Positions 26,701 to 38,685 of a stretch of DNA of 64,000 bases are shown piece after piece. A program made the translations under genes and the position numbers. Positions within the stretch are counted from its first letter, which is position 1. Every line of letters begins with the position of its first letter. Source of the DNA: Vicugna vicugna (lineage: Eukaryota); the NCBI GenBank assembly GCA_013265495.1, contig MU058213.1, positions 2,976,001-3,040,000 on the forward strand, read 5' to 3'. The notes under the pieces are model-generated. The model was not told the DNA's origin, did no database searches, and was given only the letters and a program-made list of their open reading frames with translations.

Positions 26701-27239
26701 GGCTACATGACAGTAATAAATCCTTGTTAAGCAGTAATATCAGAAAGCTCCATTTAGCCATTTTTCTCTCCCCTTTAGTTATTATAGGTCTGTGCTATGC
26801 CACTGATAATTAAAAGAATTCACATTTAGAAAGATGCATGAGTTAGAGTTATCTGTGAAGATTTACAAAAAACAATTTTCTCAAGTGGCCCCCAAAGTCA
26901 TATTATTCAAGAAATGTATGGCTTCCTTTAAACTTGAGCCATTTTCAGCTATTCCTTTATACATTGAATTGACTTAGGCATGTGTTAAAAGTTTGAGGCA
27001 TCATTTGCCTCTCAGTATCAGATGAGGTATGGATTGCATCTCTGAGTAATCTGCAGTTTCTATAAATACTTGATAAGATCTACTTTCTCTATTTAAAATG
27101 GAAAATCATTTGGACTCTGCTAGAAGAGAAAATATTCTATTCAACTGAGAAACAAGCATCTTCCCTGCTTATTCAGTTTTCCGTATTCTACTGCTCTTAA
27201 CATGAAATATAAATTAAATTTGTATAATGCAAAGGATCT

Positions 27240-27441
27240 TGAGCATTCCAACTTCAGATCTTACCCATAAAGACACAGATACAGAGCTTAAATGATTTGT
27301 ACAGGGTCATATGGCTCACGAGTTGTAAATTAGAACTGGACCTGAGGTTTCCGACTGCTAGTTAAAATATAAATATTCCTACACAGTACTGGTCTCCCAC
27401 TTACTCACTGTGTGATCTTGGGCAAGTTGCTTAACGTCTTA
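27240..27441. mobile_element. two MIR fragments in opposite orientation; the second is cut by the L1
   Basis: cagagcttaaatgatttgtacagggtcata (-) and tgtgtgatcttgggcaagttgcttaac (+). Confidence 0.7.
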
Positions 27442-29555
27442 GGGGTGGGATCAAGATGGTGGAGCAGCAAGATCCCGAGCTCACCTCCTCCCTTGAACAC
27501 TCCAAAACTACAACTACATGTAGAACAACTCTCCCTGAGAACAACCTGAAGAAAAAAAAAAAGTTCTTCTATAACCAAGGATATAAAGAAAAAAACACAT
27601 TGAGGTGGGCTGGAAAGGCAGAGACCCAGCTGAGTCAGGACCCACACCCTTAGCACAGTAACCCATAAGCAGGAGGGCATATCACAAATGCAGACGTCCT
27701 CCCTAAGGAGCAAGGGGTAAAGGCCACACATCAGGCCCTCCAGCCCTGGAGCCTAGCATCACAAAGATGAGCCTCCATGATACCTGGCTTTGACAACCAG
27801 CAGGGCTATGTCCCACAGAGCAGGAGAGCTGCAGGAGACTGAGTCTCCAATTGTAAAGGGCTCATGCACAAACTCACTCACTCTGAGTCCCAGCACAGAG
27901 GTAGCAGTTTGAAAACCTACTGACACTGTAGCCAGCCTGCCTTGGCTGCTGCAACATGCCCCTGGCATGCACCCATTCCAGCTTCAGCCAATCCTCCAAG
28001 ATGATACAGCTCAGCCCAGCATGATCTGAGACACCACCCCCTAGGCCACACTCACTCCAGATTCATCCATCCCATCAAGGTGGACCTGGCCTGGCCCAGC
28101 ACACCTCAGGATACTCCTAGCCTGCACCCACTCCAGCTCCAGCCATCCTGCCAAGGTGGCCCTAGCCAGCATGCCTCAGGACACCCCTGGCTCATGACCA
28201 CTCCAGTCCCTGCCCACCTGCCAAAGCCACCCAGCAATCACAGTGTACATGGGGGACATGGCCATATCCTCAAGAATGGGAAAGATAACTGTTTTGCCTA
28301 ATTCATAGAAACAAGCACAGAAAGTCAAACTGAGGAGAGAGGATTATGTTCTAAATGAAAGAACAAGATAAAAACTCACCCAAAAAAAACCTCATAAAAT
28401 GGAGATAAGTATTTACTTGATAAAGAATTCAAAGAAATGGTCATGTTTACCAAATTTGGGAGAAGATAGGAACACAGTGAGACTTCAACAAAGAGAGGGA
28501 AAATATAATAAAGAACTAATCAGGGCTGGATGAAGAATACAGTAAGTTAAATTGAAAGTACACTAGAAGGAATCAACAGCATATTAGATAACACAGAGAA
28601 CACAAAAGCTACCTGGAAGACAGAATAGTGGAAATCACCTAATCAGAATAGCAAAAAGAAAAAAGAACTAAAGAAAATGAAGATAGTTTAAGGGATCTCT
28701 GGGACAACGTCAAGCAGAATAACACTCTCATTATAGGGGTTCCAGAAGGAGAGAGAGAGAAAAAAAAGGGCCAAAAATTTATTTGAATAAATAACAAGTG
28801 GAAATTTCCCTAACCTGCATAAGGAAACAGATATCTAGGTATAAACATACAGGAATTCCCAAACAACATGAACCCAAAGAGATCCACACAAAGATGAATC
28901 ATAATTAAACTGGCAAATGTTAAAGATAAAGATAGAATTTTAAAGCAGCAAGAGAAAAACAATTATTCATATATAAGGGAACTCCCATAAGGCTATTGCC
29001 TCCTTTTCAGCAGAAATTTTGCAGGCCAGAGAGAGAGTATGATATATTTTAAGTGCTGAAAGGAAGAAAAAAGAAAAAAGAAAAAAGAAAAAAAAAACTT
29101 CAAACCAAGAGTACTCTACCTGGCAAGGTTATCATGCAGAACTGAAGGAGATACTGTTTCCCAGATAGCAAAAACTACAAGCATTCATCCCCACTAAATT
29201 AGCCTTGTAAGAAATGTTAAAGGATCTTATATAAGCAGAAGAGAAAAGCCCATAACAAGAAATAAGAAAATACATGAAAGAAAAAATCTCACTGGTAAAG
29301 GTAAACATATAATAAAGGCAATGGATTAGCCACTTAAAACGCCTGCATGAAGATTAAAAGGCAAAAGTCATAAGATCAACTACATAACTATAATAAGTAG
29401 GGTATACACAAAGGAAAAATATAAAATACGACATTAAAGACAAAGTGTAGCAGGGGGTGCAGAGTGAAAATGTGTTTCTAGAATGTATTAAAATAAAAGC
29501 AATAAAAAAGTTAATAAAATATAAGCAAATATCAGGTTAATATAAAGTAACAGAT

Positions 29556-29603
<48 letters not shown>
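29556..29603. repeat. (GATA)12 perfect microsatellite
   Basis: 12 uninterrupted GATA units inside the L1 inter-ORF spacer. Confidence 0.97.
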
Positions 29604-30493
29604 TAAATCTCATGGTAACCACAAAGCAAAAACTTATAACAGATACACAAGAAATAACAAAAAGAAACCCAAACATCACACATTTTTAAAAATTATTAAA
29701 TCACAAGAGACTAAAACGAAAAAGGAAGAGAGAACTAGAAAACTAGAAAACAATTAATAAAATGGCAATAAGTATCAGTCTATCAATAATCATATCAAAT
29801 GTAAATGGACTAAATGCTCCAATTAAAACACACACCAAAAATACAAAAAAAAGAATGGGCAGAGGACCTGAATGAACATGTTTTCCAAAGAAGACATACA
29901 GATAGCCAAGAGGCACATGGAAAGGTGCTCAACATCACTAATCATCAGAGAAATGCAAATCAAAACACAATGAGGTATCACTTCACACCTGTCAAATGGC
30001 TATTATCCAAAAGTCAATAAATGACAAATGTTGGCAAGGATGTGGAGTAAAGGGAACCCTTATGCACTGCTGGTGAGAATGTAAATTGGTACAGCCATTA
30101 TGGAAAAGAGTCTGGAGTCTCCTCAGAAAATTAAAAATAGAACTACCACATGATCCAACAATTCTACTTCTGGACATTTTTCCAAAAGAAAAAACAAAAA
30201 CAAAAATACTAATGAAAAGGTATCTACCCTTATGTACATTAACATTATTCACAATAGCCAAGATATGGAAGCAAACTGAAGTGCCCATCAATAGATGAAT
30301 GGATAAAGATGTGGTGTATATATAATGGAATAATACTCAACCATAAAAAAGAATTTGCCATTTGAAACAATATGGATGGACCTAGAGGATATTCTAAACA
30401 AAGTAAGTCAGACAGAGAAAAGCAAGTACCATGAGTTCACTCATACGTGGAATCTAAAAAACAAAAGTGAATAAACATAACAAAACAGAAACA

Positions 30494-30613
30494 GGGGGGT
30501 TGGTATAGCTCAGCGGTAGAGCACATGCTTGGCACGCACAAGGTCCTGGGTTCAATCCCCAGTACCTCCATTAAAATACAAATAAACCTAATCACCTTCA
30601 AAAAAAAAAAAAA
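30494..30613 (+). mobile_element. tRNA-derived SINE, Vic-1-like (camelid)
   Basis: A box tagctcagcgg, B box ggttcaatccc, AT-rich tail and poly(A); imperfect TSD cagaaaca/cagaaata; inserted in the L1 3'UTR. Confidence 0.88.
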
Positions 30614-31309
30614 CCCAGAAATAGAGTCGTAGATACAGAGAACAAACAGATAGTTGCCATAGGGGAGAGGAGTGGGAGGATGAGTGAAATAGGTGAAGGA
30701 AATTGAGGTACAAACTTCCAGGTACAAAATTAATGAGTCACAGGGATGAAATGTACAGCATGGGGAATATAGTCAGTAATGACATAATATCTTTGTGTGG
30801 CGAGAGATGGTAACTAGACTTACCATGGTGATCATTTTGTAGTGATAGAAATATCAAATCACTATTTTGTGTACCAGGAAACAACATAGTGTCATAGGTC
30901 AATTATATTTCAAAAAACAAACTCAGAGAAAAAGAGATCAGATTTGTGGTTACCAGAGGGAGGAGGTGGGGAGGTGGGGAATTAGATGAAAGTGGTCAAA
31001 AGGTACAAACTCCCAGTTATAAGATTAATAAATACTAGGGATGTTGTAATGTACAGCATGATTAATATAATTAACACTGCTATATATTATACCGAATGTT
31101 GTTAAGAGAGTAAATCCTAAGAGTTCTCATCACAAGGAAAAAAATTTTTTTCTTTTATTTTGTATCTATATGAGATGATGAATGCTCATGAAACTTACTG
31201 TGGTAATTATTTCAGGATGTATGTTAAGTCAAATGATTACACTGTACAACATAAACTTATACAATGCTGTATGTCAACTATAATCTCAATAAAAATGGAA
31301 GAAAAAATT

Positions 31310-31412
31310 ATGTTAAGTACCAAAAACCATTAAATTGTACAATTTAAATGGTTCAATTGTATGATACATGAATTATATACCAACAAAGCCATTTAGAAAA
31401 GAAAAAAGAAAA
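31310..31412 (+). mobile_element. old L1MB/ME 3' terminal fragment
   Basis: ttgtacaatttaaatggttcaattgtatgatacatgaattatataccaacaaagc followed by an A-tail. Confidence 0.7.
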
Positions 31413-32609
31413 ACTATATACCTTGACTGTCTCCTATTTTACTCTTCCCCCCTGGCTTCCTCTATATATACTGTTAGAGGGGAAATACACCATTTTCACA
31501 TATATCAGGAAAGAAAGTGATGAGCAGGAGACCAACATGTGTCCATAAGTGAATCATACTTAGCCTTTCTCTATGATGCTTTTCTCCAAAATTCCCTACC
31601 GTAACAAAAAAAAAATTGTAACATTGTTGTCTTGTTATTTTTCCAGAAATCTGGGTTCTGAAATGCTATGTAAATTTGCACAGTTCTAAGAGAGAAGTTA
31701 TAGGTTTGTATGCCAGTACATTTCCACCACAAAAAAAAAAATAGTGGCTGAGCTCTAAGGCAAAGGGGGAACAGAGAGAGGTTTTGGATATTGTATTTAT
31801 TCAGACTCAGGAATATACAGTTGACAGGAGGATGAGAAAAGAGTTTCAGAAGTGACAAAAAATAAATGGGATGTTTAGGACCCTTAAATTGCTGACTTAT
31901 AGATTTAACCATTCCAGAGAGAGAAGAATCCTGGCATGGGCAGTCCAGTACATCTCGGCTCCTACTCACGCTGTGGCACAGCAGGCCAGGTCGGGTGAAA
32001 GCATATTAGTTCCCTCACAAGCGCTCTTCGTAATCAAATGAGAGGTTGGAAACAATGGAAGGCGTGATACTGGGAATTCAGGCAGTGTTGTTTTTCAAAA
32101 TCATACGAGGAGAGCCCTCTTGTCTGACTTAACTGGGACTGATCAGTAAACGAATAAAATAAAACTCAGTAAAAAGAGGGAATTATATAAGATGATACAC
32201 TCATTAAAATTTTTCTTTTAACGTATATAAATCCGCCTTCATTCATCAATCTTTTGATGTAGGACCAAAGTCTTTGCTTTTAATGTGATAGGAACTACAA
32301 TGATCTGATAGCAAAATTTATTAGCAGCCTGCCTTTAGCAAGTCTTTATGAGACATTCAATTGAGCTTTCAGAGAAACAATTCTCTTTTCATACTTACAA
32401 TTCTTTGGTTTATATAATATTTAACTAAATTACATAATTACAATATCAAGTACATCTGGTACAAAGAGCTTTGGGAACAAACACGACTCGTGGGAAGCAC
32501 GTAACTCAACTGACACAGCAAGAGCAGAGCATGCAGAGTTGTTGTTGAATCATTAATAAATGTTGAAATGGATCAAAAGCTTGTACTGCGTTTATCCAGA
32601 TAACCATGA

Positions 32610-33060
32610 ATGAGTTCTTCTTTAGTCAATTAATAGAGTGAATTGGGATTTCTGAAGCTAAACCATCCTTACTTGATCTGACATTTGTAATCTACCTGAT
32701 GGGCTTAGTTATCTATGTTATTTAGGATTTTCACCTGCTGTTCTTAAGTGGCCCCAACATTATCTTTCCTTGTGCCATCTTTATCTGGCTTGAGGTCACA
32801 CTAGCCTAAAATCAGACGAGTTGGGAAGTTTTCCTTTTTCTTTATTTGTAAAACTTACATTAAAACATTGATTTCCTTTCCTTGAAAGTTTGGTAGAACT
32901 CTCCCATCTTTGTCTAGGGCTTTTGGGGAGTGAGGTTAGGGGTGAGGATCTTTGATTACTTCAAATTCAAATGTTCTCTTTCTCCTTACACCCATTTTAT
33001 AATTTCATATTTTTCCAAAAAAAACTTGCTCATCTAATTTTTCCAAACATTTATTGTGTA
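32610..33060 (-). mobile_element. old L1 ORF2 fragment
   Basis: gagttgggaagttttcct...ttccttgaaagtttggtagaactc antisense ORF2. Confidence 0.6.
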
Positions 33061-33587
33061 AGAGTCTTTTAAAAATCACTTTGGTGAAAGAAGAGTCTAG
33101 GTTGTGACAATCTGGGGAACTTCAGAAGTCCTGTGATGTTATGGTCTGTACCCATCTTGGCACTAACCTTCAAGACCCACCTGCCTTCATTCTGGCCAAC
33201 GGCTCTCAAAACGGGGCAGGGTGCTGAGGAGCAGAGCAGGCTTGAAGACCAGGAAGTCTGCCTGCACCTCCTGTAAACTCCCACTGCCCCAGACAGACTC
33301 ACCTCCCTGCTGTCAGGCAGCTATCAGGATGGCTGCTGTTTTCCTGCTTCACAGGAGCCATGGGGCCAACCCTGAGCTACTCAGGTTAATCCCAGGGCAA
33401 GGAACCTTACTTAGACATTCACATCTAAAATCCTCTCCCACCCTACCTACTACGTGTAAGGCCCATTCATTCTGCATTCAGCCATTGTGATGGAGCATGT
33501 TTTCGTGGCTGGCTCTGTTCAAGGTACCAGGAAACCCAGCAGTGAACAACCCATAAAGGAGTTTGCTCGTTCAGAGTAACAGTCCAC

Positions 33588-34272
33588 CATAGCCCTGCCC
33601 TCCAGTGCAAACCACATGTGTAAGTTTAATTTTTCTAGTAGCCACATTTTTTTAAAAAATTAAAAGATGAATTTAATAGTGTAATAGGCTGAATTAGCAC
33701 CCTCCCCACTCCCAATTCATATGTTGAAACCCTAACCTCCAGGGTTTCAGAATGTGATTTTATTGGGAGGTAAGTTAAAATGAGGTCACTGGGGTGGGCC
33801 CTGTTTCACACGGTGATGGGTGTCCTAAGGGATTAGGACACAGACACACACACAGGGAAGACCAAATGAAGACACAGGGAAAAGAGATCATCTAAAAGCC
33901 AAGAAGGCCTAAGAAGGAACCAACTCTGCTGACACTTTGATCCTGGACTTCTAGCCTCTAGATCTGTGAGAAAACAAATTTCTATTGTTTAAATTATCCA
34001 ATCTGTAGTAGTTTGTTTCAGCAGTCCTAGAAAATTAACACAAATAATGTATTTAGTTGAGTCTATCCAGAATTATTATCATCTCAACATGGAAGCAATA
34101 TAGAAGTGAATCAGTAACATATTTTACTTTCCTCTTTTTGTACTAAGTCCTCAAAATCTTGGGTGAGGGTAGGTATTTTACACTTGCAACCCATCTCAGT
34201 TCAGACTAGCCACTCTATAAGGACTCCACAGCCCCTGAGGCTGGTGGCTACCAGGACATATTGGGCAGTAGC
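33588..34272. mobile_element. MER33-like hAT transposon split by an MLT1 LTR
   Basis: ttttctagtagccacatt before the LTR; catctcagttcagactagccac...ggtggctacc..atattgggcag after it. Confidence 0.8.
33680..34042 (+). mobile_element. MaLR solo LTR (MLT1A/B-like)
   Basis: tgtaataggctgaat...aattcatatgttgaaaccctaacc...cagtcctagaaaattaacaca; TSD aatag/aataa. Confidence 0.9.
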
Positions 34273-36399
34273 CAATACAGTGTCCAGCCCACTTCCAAAC
34301 ACACTGCCATTTCCCACACCCGGAAACCCAGACAGGACCTTTGTCTCAGTGTTCCTTAGAGTTTGTTTGTTTGTTTGTTTGTCTGCATTAGTTGGCCGAC
34401 CCACTGACTTCCCTCTGCCTTCTACAGCATTTTAGCGTTGGTTGTGGAGAGGGAGCCAGCAACTCAGGCTGAATGAATCTTTCTGCCAGAAATCAGAAGT
34501 CCCCAAACAGGACTGGGGGGTGGTTTGAACACACACTTTTCCTGGCTAATCAGTATTCAAATCAAAGAGCATTGTGATGACTCAGTCATCTCCCTACTTG
34601 GCCTTACACAAGTTTGCCCGGTGTAGGTAGCTGGGGTTTTCCACAGCTTCAAAAGCAAAGAAAACGAGTAGGAGATTCAGTTTTCAGATGGGCCCTCGGG
34701 GCTATAAGAAGAAATAGTGTAGATCCCCTCCCCTTCCAGAGTCCCCATAGCAAAGACCCACTTCTGTGAAAGACCCTCCTGAGACGCAAACAGTCAAGGT
34801 ACTTCTTGACCACAGACAGCTTTATTCCCACCCACTGAAAGGACGAGCCACTTAGTGCTACACTTCAAACAGCCCCTTCCCCTTCACGCTGAACACTGGA
34901 GTTTCAGCTTTCATCTTCACGTCTAAAGTTCTGATTCACTCACCGCCTCATAAAAATGTATAATAGTTTTTTAAGTATATGTAACCCAGACATCAACTGG
35001 TGTTCACCTATCTCCTAGTATCTCGATAAAGATAGACTAAATTCTCCATGTTATCAACTGTAGTAAAATGCAGTGGTATCCTTGGGATTTCTGCTCATTT
35101 CTGCAATGGGGACGAGGGGTGGAGGGTCCCTCTGATGATTGCCTCTCCCTCTGCTGAGTGAATGTTCAGTTCAGTGCTTCTCTCACCATTCACTCCCATC
35201 TGGCTCAAACTTGCTCTGCCTTGTGTTGTTCTTGTCCTTAGTTTTGATCCAATGCACCCTCCAATCAAGGCGTTTTGAGTGAAGAGAAAATATTACTGAA
35301 GATTTTAGAAAGAAAAATCTACATTGCAGCAACAGAAATAATTTAAAATTCAATAATAGATATTTGTATTGCTATTTCCTTGACTCGGGCACCTGCCACC
35401 TTCCATGTTGTTGCTTCTCTCTCTCCTCCTTCCCCCTTCTGTCTCTCCCTCTATCTTCAGGACCCTCTAAATCCCAGTTCATTTTCAGGAACACCACTTC
35501 AGCCATCATGAGTTTCCCTTGGCTCCTGCAAATGCCCATGCCCTGTGCTATGGTCTCACCTTTGCTTCAAGTAGCTTATCAAGGTATTTTTGCTCTTCTA
35601 AATATATCCATAGTATCTCTCAAAAGGTCTCAACTGGATCATTTTCAAGATTTGGATATATCGGTTCTGGGAAATTAAATAATAGCCTTTTTCCTCTTTC
35701 CTTCATCCCACCCCCTCATAAAATTCTCATCCATGACCTCTCCATTTGGGGTCCTCTGTTCCTCTCTTGCCAGCATCCCATGTTAAAAATAAAAATATTA
35801 TATAATCTCCTATGTTTCATGTCTATAATTCTTGTTTGCACTCTCTGGCTAATAACCAAATGGGAGCTGATGCTGTGTTAAGGTGTTTCCCTTTTCATCC
35901 CATTAGAAGAGCTAGGGCCTTGCTAAGTTGACCAAACCAAGTAAAAATAGAGATGTCCTAATCTTGAGCACAAGGCACAAGTATCTAAAAACAAAAGCAC
36001 TCTTTTTGCCTTCTTGACTTTGGGGGCCAACATTGGGCATGAGCAGAAGGTTAGTCTTTTTATAAACAAGAAATATGATTTAGAGGGGTCTAAAACCAGG
36101 GAAAGTGGACAGATGATGTAACTTGTTTTCACCTCTAGTGGAATCTCAGCATCTTAACCAGAGACCACCTTGGTTAGGTGCAAAGTCCATTATCACAACC
36201 GAGGAGACTGATCACTCTTCAGGAAAATGTCTTGGGGGGAAGGCTTTGCTATGAGGTGTCAGAGCACGTGAGTTACCTTCTAGGAAGAAGGCCTTGCTCT
36301 TTATAGCACTTCGTCCCAAGCAGGTGGTTATCCCTGCTTCCTCTGAACAAACCCAGCATCTCTTCGTTTATCCCTCACAGCACTTACTCTTTCTACCTT

Positions 36400-36940
36400 C
36401 TGTTCCAGGTGTTTACCTTTTGCACCTTTTTGCCTTGTTAGAAATAAATTCCCTGAGGGCCTTGGGACATGTTCTTCCCTCAAATAAATGCATCTCTGAT
36501 CAAATGTCATTTATCAGAGAGACTTTCCCAAACCACCCTATGTAAAAGTCATACACTTTCTATATACCGTGATCACCTCTGTCTCCATTCCTGCTTCACT
36601 TTTTTTTGAATTTTTTCATTTTTTCTTAAGGAAGGGAGGTTTATTTATTTGCTTATTTTTTTAAATGGAGGTACTGGAAATTGAACCCCGGACCTAGTGC
36701 ATGCTAGGCATGCACTCCACTGCTGAGCTATACCCTCCCTCCCCCTTCTTCACTTCTATGTATAGCTCTTACCACTATTGTATTTGACACCTTTTTTCCT
36801 GTCTGTCTCCTAAACACACACCAAAGAATACAACTTACTGAGGAAAGAGACTTTACTGTGTACGTAGCTTCATCTCTAGCTTGCAAAATAGACCCTGGCA
36901 CACAGAAGGTACTCAAAAATATCCATTAAATGGATGAACA
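36400..36940 (+). mobile_element. L2 3' end, interrupted by a SINE
   Basis: caaatgtcatttatcagagagactttcc...cctggcacacagaaggtactcaaaaatatccattaaatggatgaa. Confidence 0.85.
36601..36745 (-). mobile_element. tRNA-derived SINE, Vic-1-like (camelid)
   Basis: Reverse-strand copy of the 30494 family (atggaggtactggaaattgaacc...ctgagctatacc); TSD cttcactt. Confidence 0.88.
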
Positions 36941-37264
36941 AATCAAGCATAATATTTATTCCTCTACCTATATATCTATCTATCTTCCAATGTGCTCAGT
37001 ACAAGGCCTGGCATTTCTTGAGAACCTAGTAATTATTTGTTGCAAGAAAGGAAGAAAAAGGTGGAAGGGAATCAAAGAAGCAAGCAAGCAAGATGGGTGG
37101 GAGGAAGGGCAAGGGAAGCAGAGACGAAGGAAGCATAAGGAAGGACTAAATGGCTTAATGAATGAACCAATGAACAGGTTCTACATGAGCTACCTGTCAC
37201 CTTAGGAAATAATGGGAAAGACTGCAAGTGTCATTAAAACCGACTGGTGTCCATAAAGTCCATT

Positions 37265-37860
37265 TTCATGTGCATTTGACTTGCTTCCAGTTTGGGGACA
37301 TTTTGGATCGTGTTACTATTAACATTCTTGTATATGACTTTAGGTGAACATATATATTTGTTCTGGGTGTACTCCTAGACATGAATGTTCAACTTTTGAA
37401 AGTACTACCAGAAAGCTTCACAAAGTGGTTATAACAATTTACCGTTCCATCAGTAGTGTTTCAGTTGCTTTTTATACTAAAATGCCACTTTTGCATCATT
37501 TATCTTTTTCATTTCAGACATTTCCAAAGTGTGTTTAAATTTGCATTTCGCATGACTAGTGATGTTGGGCATTTTTTTTTTAAATTAGCTCTTCGTATAG
37601 TCTCTTTTTATATATAGTGTTATGTAAGTCTTTTGCCCATTTTTCCATCGGGTCATCCATTTTTTTCATATTTATTTATAGGGGTTCTTTATTTATCATA
37701 GACGTAGGTAATTAAAAGGGAGTGATATTGGCACAAATATAGGACATCGAGCAGTTGGCCATTATGGACTCCAGAAACAGACCCAACATATACTGTGTCT
37801 TTATGGAAAGATGAATTAAAGAGGGGAAGTGATGATCTTTTCAATAAACAGTACTAATTT
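37265..37860. mobile_element. old L1 ORF2 fragments, minus (to ~37700) then plus
   Basis: ttgcttccagtttgggg...ttttgcccatttttc (-); tattggcacaaatataggaca...ccagaaacagaccca (+). Confidence 0.65.
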
Positions 37861-38431
37861 AAAAAAAAAAAAACAGTACCCCTGAAGAAGGCCCAGAGAG
37901 TGGCCCAATTTTTCGTGGAGCCATCCAAGGCAGAGAGTCACGATGCAAGGAAAACGACTGTAGAACTCCATCCTACAGTCTGGCCCAGTGAAACGTTACA
38001 TGAATTTAGGCATTAGCACTGCTTGGCCAAGAGCCACAGGGCTAATTGTCACTTGTTATTTGAGTCTCTGAAGATTGCACCATTAAAACTCGCATTTGAA
38101 TATAATGAATAAATGTCTGTGAGCCCCCTAATTAGAGGATGGTCTAGCAAATTAAAGAAATTACTTTTTTTTTTAAAGAGGAAATTAAGACTTGGGATCA
38201 GTCCAAGAGGTTATTCCACCACCTCCACATAGGGCCAGTTGGTATTTTCTCTCTGTCTCTTTAAATGACTTTTGGCCATAAAACCACTCCTCTTCAGCCT
38301 TGCCTGGCTCTTAACAGCCAAACCACACTGACCAGCCTTCATGTTCTAGCTGCTCAACCATGAGGCACAGATGAAGATGAGTTTATTCCCAAGTGAACAA
38401 CAGACAAGCCCTGAGGGTGTCCATGAGCTGG

Positions 38432-38685
38432 TAAGGCACAGTGACTAAGAGTCTGGGATCTGAAGTTAGAGTCCTAGATCTGTCTTTTAATTGTTGTGTG
38501 ACTTTAGGCAAGCTTTTTTACCTCTCAAGTCCACTTTTCACCCGTGTAATATGTGATAATAATAATACCTAGTTCATAGTGTCTTAACAAATATGGTACA
38601 TGCAAAAAATACAGTATATTATAAATATAAACATAGATGTATTTAGTATAGTTCCTAGCAAACAGTATACATAATGAATGTTGGT
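38432..38685 (+). mobile_element. MIR SINE
   Basis: tgtgtgactttaggcaag...ataataatacctagttcatag. Confidence 0.75.

Larger units (their letters stand above)
27442..31307 (+). mobile_element. 5'-intact L1 (L1MA9-lineage-like) with ORF1 but with the ORF2 core deleted
   Basis: 5' ggggtgggatcaagatgg; degraded ORF1 (RDLWDNVKQNNTLIIGVPEG at ~28690); ORF2 start at 29762 (NVNGLNAPIK) fused at ~29835 to the ORF2 C-terminal EWAEDLNEH; 3'UTR ending ctcaataaaaatggaagaaaaaa. Confidence 0.9.

Noticed and set aside
30494..30570. tRNA-Ala-like gene
   Set aside because: It has a SINE tail, poly(A) and TSD, sits inside an L1, and a second diverged copy exists; this is a SINE, not a tRNA gene.
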